DNA of 64,000 bases, taken from assembly GCF_021028975.2 (NCBI RefSeq), contig NC_059427.1, forward strand, positions 159,650,001 through 159,714,000, read 5' to 3'. Below are positions 37,652 to 50,764 of the stretch, one piece after another; position 1 is the first letter of the stretch, and the number at the start of each line of letters is the position of its first letter. The notes under the pieces were generated by a model. The model did no database searches, was not told the DNA's origin, and worked only from the letters and a program-made list of their open reading frames with translations. Source of the DNA: Sphaerodactylus townsendi (lineage: Eukaryota). A program made the position numbers and the translations under genes.

Positions 37652-38509
37652 GGGGGGTGTCTGCTGCACCTCGCCCTGGGCCTGTACCATGCAGTTCGCT
37701 TGGTTGAACCCAACTAAGGAGGGGGATAACAGTAATGTCTCTATGAGACACAAGAACTTTCTTTTTTTATTGGTGTGTTTGTTTTGTCTTGGCCCCCTTC
37801 CCAGATGCCATCAGTTGTCCATTCATGTGTGTAGAGGGGAACTAGAAACCACATCCTAAGAAGGCTAATCAGAGGGACATAGAGTCTTTGGGGGACCGTA
37901 TACCATCCGCATGCCGTTTTGAACGTGGCCACTCCTGTCACTGAAAGCTGCTGCCTCCAGTGGCCTTCCAGGAAAGCAAACATCTCTCTTTTCCGAGCTT
38001 GCCTCCACCTGCCTGTCCGCTCGTCCTTCGAAGCGGTGTTTTCGTATTTCCATTAATAGGGTGTGGGGAGAGCGGCTTCTGTGCCTGGGAAAATCGAAAG
38101 CAGTATTCAGCCATGAGGGAGGGAAGACCAGTAGTGTTGAAATACTGGAAAGAAGGAGCAGAAATGCCCTTTATTTTTAAACACACACACCCCCCCCCGG
38201 GGGGGCTGCTTTGCCTATCAGACAAATTATTTCGCGCTTTTTTAAAAAGCCAAGTGTAAAGATGGGTCTACCTTTTCTGCCCTGTTTTTCTAGCCACTTG
38301 GCTATTCCATATGGTAACTTTCCCTGTTGGAAGGGGGTAGAGGGGAGATTGGCAAGTGACAGTAAAAGATGTGGGAATTCTGGAGCTGCTGAAAGGATGA
38401 AAAATGTTCTTTCTTGGCAGCAGAACATTTTTCTAGGCGGAGGAGCAGAAAAGGCTGCTGGAGGGAGGAGGATCACTAGTTCACACTTGAATGTATGAAA
38501 AAAATTTCT

Positions 38510-38520
38510 ATTAAATTAAA
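38510..38520 (+). terminator. CALR: CALR polyadenylation signal (tandem ATTAAA)
   Basis: aaaatttctATTAAATTAAA followed by G/T-rich sequence; resembles the recalled mammalian CALR 3' end. Confidence 0.75.
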
Positions 38521-39539
38521 CTTCATGTCTGGCCCATGTTCTGATTCCAGTGTGGCTTATTGTGGGGGTTTGGCTGTGCAAGGGGGCTTGTGTTACCTAA
38601 AACCACACAACTGTATTTCCAATGTCAGAGAGTGTGTGTGCCATAGAAACCCATTTGTTCACATTGCAGGTGGTTTAAACCGGGGATCTCCACTTCTTCC
38701 ATCTGTGTTTCTGTTTTCCCCCCAATGATACTTGAGGCTGAGACCCTGAGAAAAGGAACGAAGGATGTTTAGAATATGCCTTGCGAGATCAGCAGACATG
38801 GGGCATGCAAAAGAGCTATTTGGCCCCTTGAAAGGATTTATGGTGCCCCTGAGATAGCTGAAGCAACTCCCATCCCAGCAGGGTTGCTGCAGGCCCATCA
38901 ATGGTGGCAGCCACTGTGCCAGAACTGACCACCTCCCCCAGTGTTGTTCTGGGCTGACAAGTTCGCTGCTTGCTCAACCGTCCACACAACCACCCCCACT
39001 TGCTTCCAATCTGACCTGGTGAATCACCCAAAGTGCCAATCTGCCAGCTGAGGTAGCCACCTGCCCCCCAGTGCTGACCACCTTCCCCAGTGCCATTCTG
39101 GGCTGGTGAGCCTGGGGAGGGTGGGAGAAGGGGAACCAGTTCCAATCTAGGCTGTCAAGGGCTGACCCCTCCTTCCCCAGTGCTGATGTGGTCTTGCAAA
39201 TGGAGGGCTGGGGCTCTTGGTTCTGTCCATCCGTCCGGGTCTTGACTTCAGGCTGGGTTTGACCCTCCAATCTACTCAGGTATCTGTCTGAGGGGCTGGC
39301 ACCTAAGTGATTCCCAATTTACGGCCCTCTTGTGAATCACGTCCTCCCAAATGCTCTCTTGTTAACAGCCTGGCAAACAGAATCCGGCTTCCTGGATGGT
39401 CCGTCCGACTCCAGGTGTGGGGAGGGTCCTTTCTGGGAGTTCTCCAGGCCCCACCTAGAGCTTGGCAAGCAGAGCGCATGGCTGGTCCAGGGCTTCAGTC
39501 AGGTTCCACGCCATGACGCTGTAACCACTGCACCACCCC

Positions 39540-39720
39540 ACCGCCCCTCCACTTCGCACCACAACCGGAAGTCGAGGCCGCTCTGGCCTCTGTCTCCATG
39601 GTCGGTGCCGCGCGTCTGACCGGCGGCGTCGCCCCCGTCCCCCGTCACGTGGGGAGGGCCAGGCCGGGGCCGGAAGTGGCGCGCGGGCGGGATTAAAATG
39701 GCGGCGGCGTGAAATTGCAT
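39540..39720 (+). promoter_or_regulatory. RAD23A: RAD23A CpG promoter
   Basis: ETS CCGGAAGT at 39565 and 39670, GTCACGTG at 39644, YY1 AAAATGGCG at 39695. Confidence 0.8.
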
Positions 39721-39782
39721 GTTGTTGTGGGGGCCCCGCCGAGTCCGTTGGGAGGAACCGCCAGTTGCCCCCCCCCCCCGCC

Positions 39783-39854
39783 ATGGCGGTGACCGTCACC
39801 CTGAAGACGCTGCAGCAGCAGACCTTCAAGATCCGCATGGAGCCCGAAGAGACG
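39783..39854 (+). CDS. RAD23A: RAD23A exon 1 (UBL domain)
   Basis: [24 protein letters not shown], Kozak gccATGG, donor gtgaga. Confidence 0.96.
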
Positions 39855-40204
39855 GTGAGAGGCCCGGGCTGGGCGGAGGAGGCACTGCCGCCCTCCGGGA
39901 GACACGGTTGCGGGGGGGGGGGGGGAGGAAAGGGGGTGTCAGTCGACCAGGCTCCCCGCCTCGCCTTCGTGCGCTGGACCGCCTCCCTTTCAGTCTGTTG
40001 GTCCTTTCCTGTTATTACCCCTCCCCAAAAAAGATGGAGGGAAGGGTCTTGCCATAATGCGGGGGCGGGCAGGAGCCCCCTCTGCGGAGCCACCGGTTGA
40101 TCTGCCCGCGAAGGCTGCCGCCCTCCGTTCCCATGGAGAAAAGGACCCCTTCCGAGAGCAGCCCCGCAGGTTGGAGATGGGATTGGTGTTGTGGGTGGGT
40201 CCAT

Positions 40205-40545
40205 TCCGGGTTTTCCGGGCTGTATGGACGTGTTCCAGTAGCATTTTCTCCTGACGTTTCGCTTCATCTGTGGCTGGCATCATCAGAAGATCTGATGGTA
40301 GTAAAGCAAGTGGAGTATATCTACCTGCGGAATGCCCAGGGTGGGAGAAAGAATTACTTGCATTGGTTGAAAGTGTTAAGGGTGCAACACTCCACTTGCT
40401 TTACTACCATCAGATCCTCTGAAGATGCCAGCCACAGATGCAGGCGAATATTATGAGAAAATGCTACTGGAACAAGGCCATACAACCTGGGAAACCCACA
40501 ACACTCTAGTAATTCTGGCCGTGAAAGCCTTCAGCAATACATTGT
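40205..40545. mobile_element. Inverted pair of Penelope-derived repeats; the - strand hammerhead motif at 40249-40290 has an intact core
   Basis: tctt-CTGATGA-tgccagccacagatgaagc-GAAAC-GTC-agga; the + arm core is mutated (GAATA). Confidence 0.75.
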
Positions 40546-40744
40546 AGGTGGGATTCTCTTCTCTGCCAAAGGAGCCCCCAAATCTACAGGAATTCTCCCC
40601 AAGCCTGAGTTGTTCTCTGGCCATACCCCAGGAACATGTTGCTTGTGTCCTTCCCTCCCCTTGGATATGCTTATTAGCCTTGGGCGAGCTTGCACCATTG
40701 GGGGTTTGTGCCAGTGGGACTTTATGTCTGTCAGCACACTCCTA

Positions 40745-40991
40745 CCATGTTTCTTTGAAAATAAGACTGGGTCTTATATTAATTTTTGCTCCAAAAGCTG
40801 CATCAGAGCTTATTTTCAGGGGATGTCTTATTTTTTCCCCATGAACAATATGGTGATTTTGCGTGCACCCCACCCCCCACATGATCGGGGAATCTGTAAC
40901 TTGGGCTTATTTTTGGAGTAGGGCTTATATTTCAGGCATCCTCCAGAAATCCTGAAAAATCAGGCTAGGGCTTATTTTCGGGGAAACAGGG
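40745..40991. mobile_element. Tc1/mariner (Tc2-like) MITE
   Basis: TA flanks; TIR-like ccatgtttctttgaaaataag / cttattttcggggaaacaggg. Confidence 0.65.
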
Positions 40992-42028
40992 TATGCAGAG
41001 TCCCGGCCATCTAAGTGTATTGAAAGGAGTGGCCTTAGACTGGATTAACTGTTTTTAGGATTACTGTCTTTGCAAAGAGTGCACTGCTCATTCACACTAG
41101 TGCTACACACCCTGTTCTTAGTACCAGCAATTTAGCATCTTCCAGAATTCATTGTTCTGGTTTAACTCTGCACTGAGACTATAGTGCCAGATTGGGATGC
41201 AAGTGATGGGGATGGCAACCATTTTGTAATTTATTTATTTATTTATTGTTTCGATTTATAAACCGCCCCATCCCCTGTTTTTGATTTAAAGTTTGAAGCG
41301 TGGAGTGCTCTGAGAAGTGCATCAGGTGGCTGTTGTTGGATTTTTCTCATGCTCAGGTTGTCTGGGGAAATTGGTTAATTTTCTTTGAATAAAGAAAATG
41401 TTTGTATTCTTCTCTAGGTTCATTTGTAAATGAATAAATCCTGAGGGTTTACACAATGCTAATGCAGCTTGTTTTTAATATTGTGTCTTGGTTTAAATGG
41501 CAAACCTGTTTGTAGAGACCTCCAGGATTCCTTGTGTGTTGTGTGACTTTGTTTTGTCATTTACTTTGCAATATCTTCTGACATAAGACTAGTATTATGG
41601 ATGCAGAGTCTTGCTTCAGGCAGATTTCTGGCATCCTGACAGGAAGTCATATTGAAGAGAATGAGAACATGATGAATGGGAACCATTCTGGCTGCACTCC
41701 GCGCAGTGTTTCTGTTTCAAGGACTTTGTTCTTTGCCATGATGTATGGATAGATGCATTAGTTCTGCATTTCAGGGTAGTGAATTGTCAGTTCACAATAT
41801 CCTGTGATAGGTCTCGAACCTGAAGCCAATAAAGTGACGCTGTAGTGTTGATCAGTAGCATTTATTGATAAGCATCAGAACACCAAAGCTGTTTCTGACA
41901 AACCTGGCATTTGCCATCGCCTTCATCCCTGTTGTCAGTCCCCCCCTCCCGTTTTCCCAAGAAGTAGTGAAAGGTCGATTCCCCATGGACAATTTGTCGT
42001 GTGATACTCATGCGAAAAAATATGGTTT

Positions 42029-42437
42029 CAGAGGCGTAGCTGGGCCAAACTGTGCCCGGTACGCATTCTATATTTTCCACATACACCCCCATAGCACCCC
42101 CCCTTCCCACACTTACCTTAGTTCTTTTCCTTTTTCTATAACTTTTTCAGGCTGCAAAAGGCCTGTTCTCAGTAAAAACGGCCTGATGGGAACTATACTT
42201 CCCAGGAGACCTTGTGAGCCCCAAGGTCTCCTGGGAACTGTAATTTCTCAGGCCATTTTTACTGCAAACAGGCCTTTTGCAGCCTGAAAATGTTCTGAAC
42301 AAGGAAAGGAACTAAGGTAAGTGTGGGAAAGGGGGTGGGGTGGGCGCTGCGGGAGGGGCCTGGGGGCGATTTTCCACGCCCCTAGGCGTGCACCCGGGGC
42401 ATGGCGCACCCCCCGTCCCCTGGGAGCTCCGCCACTG
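42029..42437. mobile_element. hAT MITE (CAGAGGCGTAGCT family) with internal hairpin
   Basis: TSD tatggttt/catggttt; relative at 61107-61259 with TSD aggtacac. Confidence 0.75.
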
Positions 42438-44424
42438 CATGGTTTAAGTAAGAGCTCCCCACCACTTAAGTGCCGAACACAGATTCATTTTGGTTCTGGC
42501 ACGCGCTCTCCCCCCCCCGCCCATCCCACGTTTTTTCAGAACCTGCATTGAAGTGCACCTTTTTCCCAATCACAGTCTGAAGTCGGATTGGTGGGGAGAA
42601 ACGGGACAGACACTGCTTATTGTTCCCACCCTTCGATATTTCCAGCCAATCAGAGGGCAGTGGGCTGTGTGCAGAGCGCACGCAGCCTATTTATTTATTT
42701 ATTTAGTATTCAGATTTATATACTGCCCTATCCCTTGAGGGCTCTGGGCAGTGTACAACACAAGGATTTCCCCACAAAATATAGCCAAACCCAAAAAACA
42801 GGTGGAGCAAATAAAGCAAGTGAATAGATTACAAATAAATAGCACAGGCTCCACGAACTATAGCTATAAAAACATAAGATCCATTAAAACAGCAATTACT
42901 ACAATATTACAATTAATACAGTCTGTGCACTGAGTGTGGCTATGAAGGAGCGTAAATATGAAACTACTGTACAATGATTTTTGATAAATTATTTATGCGT
43001 GGCTACGTTCAAATGTAAAAACGAGAAGAAGAACAACATGAATTTTCAATCAGGGGCGGAGTAGCATTCCTGGTCCAGCACAATAGCCAATCAGAAGGCG
43101 GGGAAATTCTGCCTACGCATCTATGTGGCAACGTAGTTGTGCAAAAAAATTTTTTTAAAAAAAGTTCTCGCCCTAACCCAACAGAACAGCCAATCAGGAG
43201 AAGGAAGAACAGACCCGTCGAGCAGATCGCGTGTTTGTGGGGAGTGTTACATCATTTGAAACCACGATAGACATTGAGGTCTTCACTAGACACACGCTGC
43301 AATGGGGAGGGAGAAACTGTGATGAAAATTTCTTTTGGAAATGGGATGTATCCAGCTTAATTTCTCAGTGGGAATTTGACTAAAGATAGTCAAGGGCGGT
43401 GATAGATAGCAATAGAAAGCCACCTGGCTTCCTGCCCCCATGAGATAATGGAAATCATACTGTTTCTTATGGGACCAGGGTGTCGGGGAAGCCCAATTAT
43501 CTACAAAGCGTATGAAGCCATAAAGTAAAAATCAAGGAAAGAATGCCCCGGATGGCAGTGGTTACATATAGCAGACTGGTTACATATATGTTGTAGCAGC
43601 ATTGATTTGTAGTTGCAAGCAATTACATCAAGTTAGGAATGCATCTCAACCACCTAGATACAATTCCTCTGAACTTTCCAAATGAGTCACTAAATGGGAG
43701 GGAGGCATAAAATGAGACAGGTTGGTAGACTGATTCTTTCTGTATGGGCAATAGAGAGTGACAGTCCCTTCAAGGTGGACTGGGACCTTTACATGAGGTT
43801 TACATGAGCAGCCTGAACTGTGATCAGCACGTGGATTGTCCATCTATAAGCTACTTTGCTGTGTGTCTTGTCCGGTGACAACCCTGAAAGTGTATGTCTC
43901 ACCCAAGGTCCCCCAATGCATTTCATGGCTGAAACATGATCTCCTAGTTTACAGCTTTTACAGTACAATTCTAAACAGAGTTACACTGTTTTAAGCTCAT
44001 GAACATAGAAGAGAATAACTCTGCTTAGGCCAGCATTGTTAGTTACTGCTGAGACTAACGCAACATGAATTCTTTCTTCACACCCAGCAAGCTATTTTTG
44101 CTCTGGATGGATGCATAGATTGCAGCTGAAATTCTAGCAAAGTATAATCTTGTTTTCATGGAATTGTAGTTGGAGGGACTAAATAACCACATTGCTCCCT
44201 TTTTAAGTATTTGAAGGAGGGCAGAGAGCTGCTCTTTTTGGCAACAGAGGATGGAACTCGCAATAATGGGTTTAAATGTTGGGCAAAAAGGTTCCAACTG
44301 GATATTTTTTGGGGGGGAAATTACGCTAAGAGTTGTGCAACAATGGAATTGACTGCGTAGGAAACCTCTCATCGGCAGTCTTCAAGTAGCAGCTGGACAA
44401 ACATTTCTTTGGAATGGCCTAGGC

Positions 44425-44919
44425 CAGTGGTGGCGAACCTATGGCGCGGGTGCCAGAGGTGGCACTCAGAGCCCTCTCTGTGAGCGCAGAGTTCGTCATG
44501 TGATAATAGTGCAATTATTTCAGGGAGATTATTAGCACTAAACCTAAGACCTAGTTTTGGGGAAGCAGTGTAGGTAACCCTGTTAAGTGCTGTTAAACCC
44601 TACTGATTTTCATGGGAAGAACTAAAACGTGATCCTTTACCTGGGAGTAAGCTCGGTTGCTGGCAATGAGGCTTGCTTCTGAGTAAACCCTCCTAGGGTC
44701 GTGATTCACCCGTTGGAAGAGTTGCACAGTTGCTTCAAAGCAAAGCCACTGACTACCACCAAGCTTACTCCTGAGTAACGCATGCCTCGGAGCCAAATGT
44801 TTTTTCTATACTAAAACCTCAGTATTCAGGTTAAGTTGCCATGTTGGCACTTTGTGATAAATAAGTGGGTTTTGGATTGCAGATTGGGCATTCGGTCTCG
44901 AAAAGGTTTGCCATCACTG
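44425..44919. mobile_element. hAT MITE inserted in a CR1 3' end
   Basis: TSD gcctaggc/gcctgggc. Confidence 0.85.
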
Positions 44920-45459
44920 GCCTGGGCTGATCCTGTGTTGAGACGGGGGTTGGACTAGATGGCTTGTATGGCCCCTTCCAACTCTATGATTTTATGTTCC
45001 AGAGGCCATCAAAAAGCTCTATCCAAGTCCACCCCACCCCCATCCTCTGCCTGTGCTGCACATTGTCAAGGGCAATAACGTCTCATGATCAAATTGACCT
45101 CCCATTTCCTTTGAGAATTCAAAATTGCCAGTATTTTGGCAAGACTTCCTGGTATTTGCAACGTGCGAAGGTTTCTGTTTTAAAATCCAAGATTTGATTT
45201 CCACTCTGTTAAATTGCAAGGACCACGGTTTCCTTCAGTAATTTGCATTAGATTCAAGCTGATAACAAATTCAAGGCTTTACTTCAAATTCCGAGCCTAC
45301 ATTCCAGTGCAGCAGAATTGCTGTTTGTCCGGTGTATCAATGCGTAGTGTTTCTCCTGTAGGTTAGGCTTTGCTTGTGCAGGAACGAGGAGCATTCCCTT
45401 ACAAGGGAAAAGATTTCAGCTGTTCCTGTAGTTTCTTTGGGCTTCCAGGAGTACAAGGG

Positions 45460-45945
45460 ATAATTTATTTATTTTATTTTTATTAAACTTGTATACCGCC
45501 CTTCCCCGAAGGGTTCAGGGCGGTGTCCATCAATTATATAAAAACAGTTAAAATCCATTTCACATTCATCCCAGTTAAAAACATATATAAATTATTAAAA
45601 TTCAGATGGCGATTGAAATTGTTTCCCCTTCCCCATTCTTGCACCCACGGAGGCCAGATATTTGTCACAGAAGTGTGGTGTTATCCCGGCTGGCCAAATG
45701 CCTGGCGGAACAGGTCCGTTTTACAGGCCCTACGGAAACTCTGCATGTCCCGCAGGGCCCTGATCTCACCTGGGAGCCTGTTCCACCAGGTAGGGGCCAG
45801 GGCCGTAAAAGCCCTGGCCCTTGTGGAGGCCAGGGATCACCAGAAGGTCCGCCTCTGAGGAGCGGCGGGGCCTAGCAGGGCGATATAGGGAGAGACGGTC
45901 CCGTAGATATGCTGGTCCAAGGCCACAAATAGCTTTAAAAGTCAG
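45460..45945 (-). mobile_element. L2 LINE 3' fragment
   Basis: LTFKAICGLGPAYLRDRLSLY plus L2 tail. Confidence 0.8.
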
Positions 45946-46315
45946 CGGCAGTGGTAATGGTAATATAATGGTAATGGTAATATAATGGTAATATAATGCT
46001 AATGGTAATATAATGGTAATGGTAATATAATGATAATGGTAATGGTAATATAAGCATTTGGTGTGAATGGTAGAGGGTCGAAAAGCCAAAGTTTTGCTGT
46101 CTTTAAATGTTTGTGGAACTCAAAGCTTTGTTCTGTCATTACTGGGGACGAAGCGTGAGTTACCTACCTATGAGTGGACATAGTGCTGAAGGATTATGAC
46201 TTGGAGGGGGCTGTTGGGCCTCTGTGCTTCTCAGTGCTGGTGGGAGCCGGAAGATTTGCCTCCTGGATCTTCAGCCCAAGGCAAATGGTAGATCCGGTTT
46301 GGTCTTTGTCTGCAG

Positions 46316-46477
46316 GTGCGAGTTCTTAAGGAGAAGATTGAGGCCGAGAAGGGCAAGGATGCTTTCCCAGTGTCGGGCCAGAAGCTCATCTACGCTGGCA
46401 AGATCCTGAGCGACGATGTCCCCATCAAGGAGTACAAGATTGATGAGAAGAACTTCGTGGTGGTGATGGTCACCAAG
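46316..46477 (+). CDS. RAD23A: RAD23A exon 2 (UBL domain)
   Basis: [54 protein letters not shown], 162 nt. Confidence 0.97.
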
Positions 46478-46575
46478 GTATGGCTGGGCACTTCTCTTCA
46501 TAACAAAGCTGCTTGGAGGCAGGAAGGTGGCCGTGCTGAGCTGTCTCCCCTTGCCGTGTCCAGAGGACTTCCTAG

Positions 46576-46907
46576 GAGCAGCAGTGGTGTAGTGCATTCT
46601 AATCTGGAGGAACCGGTGCATTCTAATCTGGAGCAGGTGCATTCTAATCTGGAGGAACCAGGTTTGATTCCCCGCTCTGCCGCCTGAGCTGTGGAGGCTT
46701 ATCTGGGGAATTCAGATTAGCCTGTGCACTCCCACACACGGCAGCTGGGTGACCTTGGGCTAGTCACAGCTTTTCGGAGCTCTCTCAACCCCACCCACCT
46801 CACAGGGTGTTTGTTGTGAGGGGAGAAGGGCAAGAGGATTGTAAGCCCCTTTGAGTCTCCTACAGGAGAGAAAGGGGGGATATAAATCCAAACTCCTCTA
46901 CTTCTTC
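46576..46907 (+). mobile_element. Squam3 SINE with a triplicated gtgcattctaatctggag segment
   Basis: SINE consensus with a local tandem duplication. Confidence 0.8.
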
Positions 46908-47334
46908 TAGCAGCTGGAGGTGTAACATTTTCAGACGTTCTAAAGCCATGTTTTTTCTGTCCGGGAAAAACATGGAGATGGGAGGATGGAAATATATACA
47001 ACACTTAGCTGCCTCAATAAATTTGTGTTACTGCTATAGTAATGTACAGGGTGTGTTGGTTAAGTAACCAGGGCACACAGTTGTACAATTTTCAATTGAT
47101 GAAATTTAAAAATGTAGTTGCCTTAGTTTTCTACAAGCACCCTGGTATTAACAAGACAGCTGCAAAACTGTCCCTCCTGTTCCCACATATGACTTTGTTA
47201 TTTGCCACGGGACAGGAAAGGGAGGGGAAGGGGGAAGTGGAAAACACAGCTTTGCAGTAAAAAAAGAGGAAGTAAGTTACAGAGACAGTCTCATGCATTC
47301 CCAATAGTGCCCGTTATATATTTGGATACCAAGT

Positions 47335-47725
47335 TAGAATCATAGAGTTGGAAGAGACCACAAGGGCCATCAAGTCCAACCCCCTGCAATGCAGGAACAC
47401 ACGATCAAATCACTCCTGAAAGATGGCCATCCAGCCTCTCTTTAAAAACCTCCAAGGGAGGAGACTCTCCGAGGTGGTGCATTCCACTGTTGTGCATTCC
47501 TTACTGTCAGGAAGTTTTTCCTGATGTTTTGGTGGAATCCCTTTTCCTTCACCTTGAACCCATCATTACTCCTGGTCCTAATCTCTGGAGCAGCAGAAAA
47601 CAAGCTTGCTCTCTCACCAACATGACATCCCTTCAAATATCTAAACACTATCCTGTCACCTCTTAACCTTTTATTCACCAAACTAAACATCCCCAGCTCC
47701 CTAAGTCTCTCCTCGTCGGGCACTT
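47335..47725 (-). mobile_element. CR1 LINE 3' fragment
   Basis: [20 protein letters not shown]... Confidence 0.85.
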
Positions 47726-48867
47726 GTGAACACTGGACAGATTAGTGCACTATTCCCAGACCTGTTACAACATATTCACTGGGCAAATTAGCCATGCTTT
47801 GACCATAAACAGATCCATGACCATACTGCCACTACCTCCTGCAAGGAAAGGAAAGGTGAGGCAATAAACACCTGGCGTCCCAGTCTATGAGGACTACAAA
47901 GGTGGACTGCTGGTGTCCGAGTTGAGTGGACAGCAGCTTGAAGGGCCCGGCTCACCCTTTCTCAACTGAGTGAGGCCGAAGCAAAGAAGGACCCTCAGGG
48001 AGATGGGAGCACCTTCTTAGTGTGGAAAGACATTCTGGATTGGAATGGTGTGAATCCAGGAATCATACACTATTTCCTGCATGTGTGTGTTGTGCTGTCA
48101 AGTCACTTTCAGCTTGTGGCAATCAACCCTACGGATCAGTTTCCTCCACAATGTCCTGTGCTCAGGTTTTTCCGGCTGAAGGCCGTGGCTTCCTTTATAG
48201 CAGAGGTGTCCAACTCTGGCGCTTCAGATGTTCATGGACTACACTTCCCATCAGCCCCTGCTGGCATGGCCAATTGCCCATCTCATGCTGGGCCTTTCTC
48301 TTTTCCTGCTGCCTTCATCCTTTCACATTATTATTGTCTTCCCCAGTGACTCTTGTCTGTTGATTACGTGACTAAATACAACAGCCTCAGTTTAATAATG
48401 CATCCTCAGTCTTACATAAAAAAAGTCCAACAGTGATTTAAAAAGCATTTTGCTCATTCTAAAACAGCTCATATTTCCTTGAAGTTTCTTTCAGCGCTCC
48501 CAAAAATTATTTTTCCCCCCTTTGTTTTATTGGTTAAATCATTTATATCCTGCCTTTGCTCTTGGTTCAAGGCATGTTACAATACCAGTTTAAACTTTCC
48601 CCGCTGAACCATAAGTAAAATAATGAGCCCTAGATGATGCGGCTGGCCTCCACACGGGCCAGGACCTTTACAGCCCTGGCCCCGGCCTGGTGGAACTTTC
48701 TTCCTCCAGCTGTCCGGGCCCTGCGGGACCTTGGTGAATTCCGCAGGGCCTGTAAGACTGAGTTGTTCCGCCGGGCCTTTGGAGTGTCCAGTCGGTGAAA
48801 TGTGCGCCTCCCCCCTTACATATTTGATTTACCATCTTATGCTACCCTCTTAGAGGGGAGTCCGGCT

Positions 48868-48898
48868 GGGGGGGGGGGGGGGGGGGGGGGGGGTGGGT

Positions 48899-48958
<60 letters not shown>

Positions 48959-49278
48959 GGTGGGGGGGGGGGGGGTTTGGGGGGGGGGGGGGGGTGGGAG
49001 GGGGAGGGGGTGGGGGGGGGGGGGGGTGGGGGGGAGGGGGGGGTGGGGGGGGGGGGGGGTGGGGGGGGGGGGGGGGGTGGTGGGGGGGGGTGGGGGGGGG
49101 GGCGGGGGGAGGGGGGGGGGTGGTGGGGGGGGGGTGCGGGGGGGGGNNNNNNNNNNNNNNNNNNNNNNNNNNNNNNNNNNNNNNNNNNNNNNNNNNNNNN
49201 NNNNNNNNNNNNNNNNNNNNNNNNNNNNNNNNNNNNNNNNNNNNNNNNNNNNNNNNNNNNNNNNNNNNNNNNNNNNNN
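48868..49278. other. Poly-G run plus N gap (assembly break)
   Basis: About 280 nt of near-homopolymer G directly before the Ns. Confidence 0.9.
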
Positions 49279-49504
49279 NGGAGAGCCACAGGTTGCAGAC
49301 CCCTGCCTGGAGAAAATGGCTGATTTGGAGGGGAACTGTAGGACACCATAGTCTGCTGAGGTTCCTTCCCAAGCCCTCCCATCCTAAAACTCCGTTCCCT
49401 AATCTCCCAAGAATTTCCTAAGACACAGTTGGCAACATTACCCTCCCCACGGATATCCGTCCCCTCTCTAAACACTGCCTTGTTCATGGACTACAAATCC
49501 CATC

Positions 49505-49804
49505 AGCAGCAGTGGCGTAGGAGGTCAAGAGCTCATGTATCTAATCTGGAGGAACCGGGTTTGATTCCCAGCTCTGCCCCCTGAGCTGTGGAGGCTTATC
49601 TGGGGAATTCAGATTAGCCTGTGCACTCCCATACACACCAGCTGGGTAACCTTGGGCTAGTCACAGCTTCTCAGAGCTCTCTCAGCCCCACCTACCTCAC
49701 AGGGTGTGTGTTGTGAGGGGGGAAGGGCAAGGAGATTTTCAGCCCCTTTGAGTCTCCTGCAGGAGAGAAAGGGGGGATATAAATCCAAACTCTTCTTCTT
49801 CTTC
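49505..49804 (+). mobile_element. Squam3-type SINE
   Basis: Full consensus match. Confidence 0.85.
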
Positions 49805-50264
49805 CCCAGCTCCAACCCAAATCTCCAGGAATTTCTCTACCCAGAGTTTGAAACCCTAAGGTTAACGTCAGCGTGTGCTTAATGTCTGGGGCCTCTTTGG
49901 CTTTTAATCTCTCCATTAATTTCTTCTTTCTCTCTGTGCTTGCAATTGCAGATAACAGTGTATTCACTGGCCTTCTCCGGGAAGGGAGGGGTAGAGTCAG
50001 GGTCTGCAACCAATTGGCCATGCTGGCAAGGGCTGATGGGAATTGTAGTCCGTGAACATCTGAAGAGCCGCAGGTTGCAGACCTCTGCCTTAGACCTTGG
50101 GAAAGGACTTTCGCTTTCCTCCACTTTTCCCGCTTTTACTTTGCGAAGTTGGGGGCACGGGAGGGAGTGACCAACAGAGGTAATAAATGTATTGTCGAAG
50201 GCTTTCACAGCCGGAATCACTGGGGTGCTGTGTGGTTTCCGGGCTGTATGACCATGCTCTAGCA

Positions 50265-50641
50265 CAGTGATGGTGAACCTTTTCGAGACCGAGTGCCCAA
50301 ATTGCAACCCAAAACCCACTTATTTATCGCAAAGTGCCAACACGGCAATTTAACCTAAATACTGAGGTTTCAGTTTAGAAAAAATGGTTGGCTCTATGGC
50401 ACGTGTTACTCGGAAGTAAGCTTGGTGAAGTAACCGTGCAACACTTCGAACGGGTGAATCACAACCCTAGGAGGGTTTACTCAGAAGCAAGCCCCATTGC
50501 CAGCAACTGAGCTTACTCCCAGGTAAAGGATCACGCTTTAGTTCTTCTCAGCCCCCACATGACAAACTCTGTGCATGCGTGCCCACAGAGAGGGCTCTGA
50601 GTGCCACCTCTGGCACCCGTGCCATAGGTTCGCCACCACTG
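50265..50641. mobile_element. hAT MITE inserted in a Penelope-derived repeat
   Basis: TSD ctctagca/ttctagca. Confidence 0.85.
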
Positions 50642-50657
50642 TTCTAGCAGCATTCTC

Positions 50658-50700
50658 TCCTGACGTTTCGCCTGCATCTGTGGCTGGCATCTTCAGAAGA
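50658..50700 (-). ncRNA. Minimal hammerhead ribozyme motif (intact core)
   Basis: tctt-CTGAAGA-t-gccagc-cacagat-gcaggc-GAAAC-GTC-agga. Confidence 0.65.
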
Positions 50701-50722
50701 CCTGATAGGATCATCTATCAGA

Positions 50723-50764
50723 TCCTCTGAAGATGCCAGCCACAGATGCAGCGAAACGTCAGGA
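50723..50764 (+). ncRNA. Minimal hammerhead ribozyme motif (inverted partner)
   Basis: tcct-CTGAAGA-tgccagccacagatgcagc-GAAAC-GTC-agga, with 1 nt lost in stem II. Confidence 0.55.

Noticed and set aside
38920-39190. Four dispersed ctgaccacct(t)cccccagtg-like repeats as a CRISPR-like array
   Set aside because: Eukaryotic DNA, irregular spacing, degenerate units; probably an old minisatellite
48802-49487. Poly-Gly and poly-Pro ORFs, or a G-quadruplex array
   Set aside because: Poly-G next to an N gap; likely a sequencing or assembly artefact
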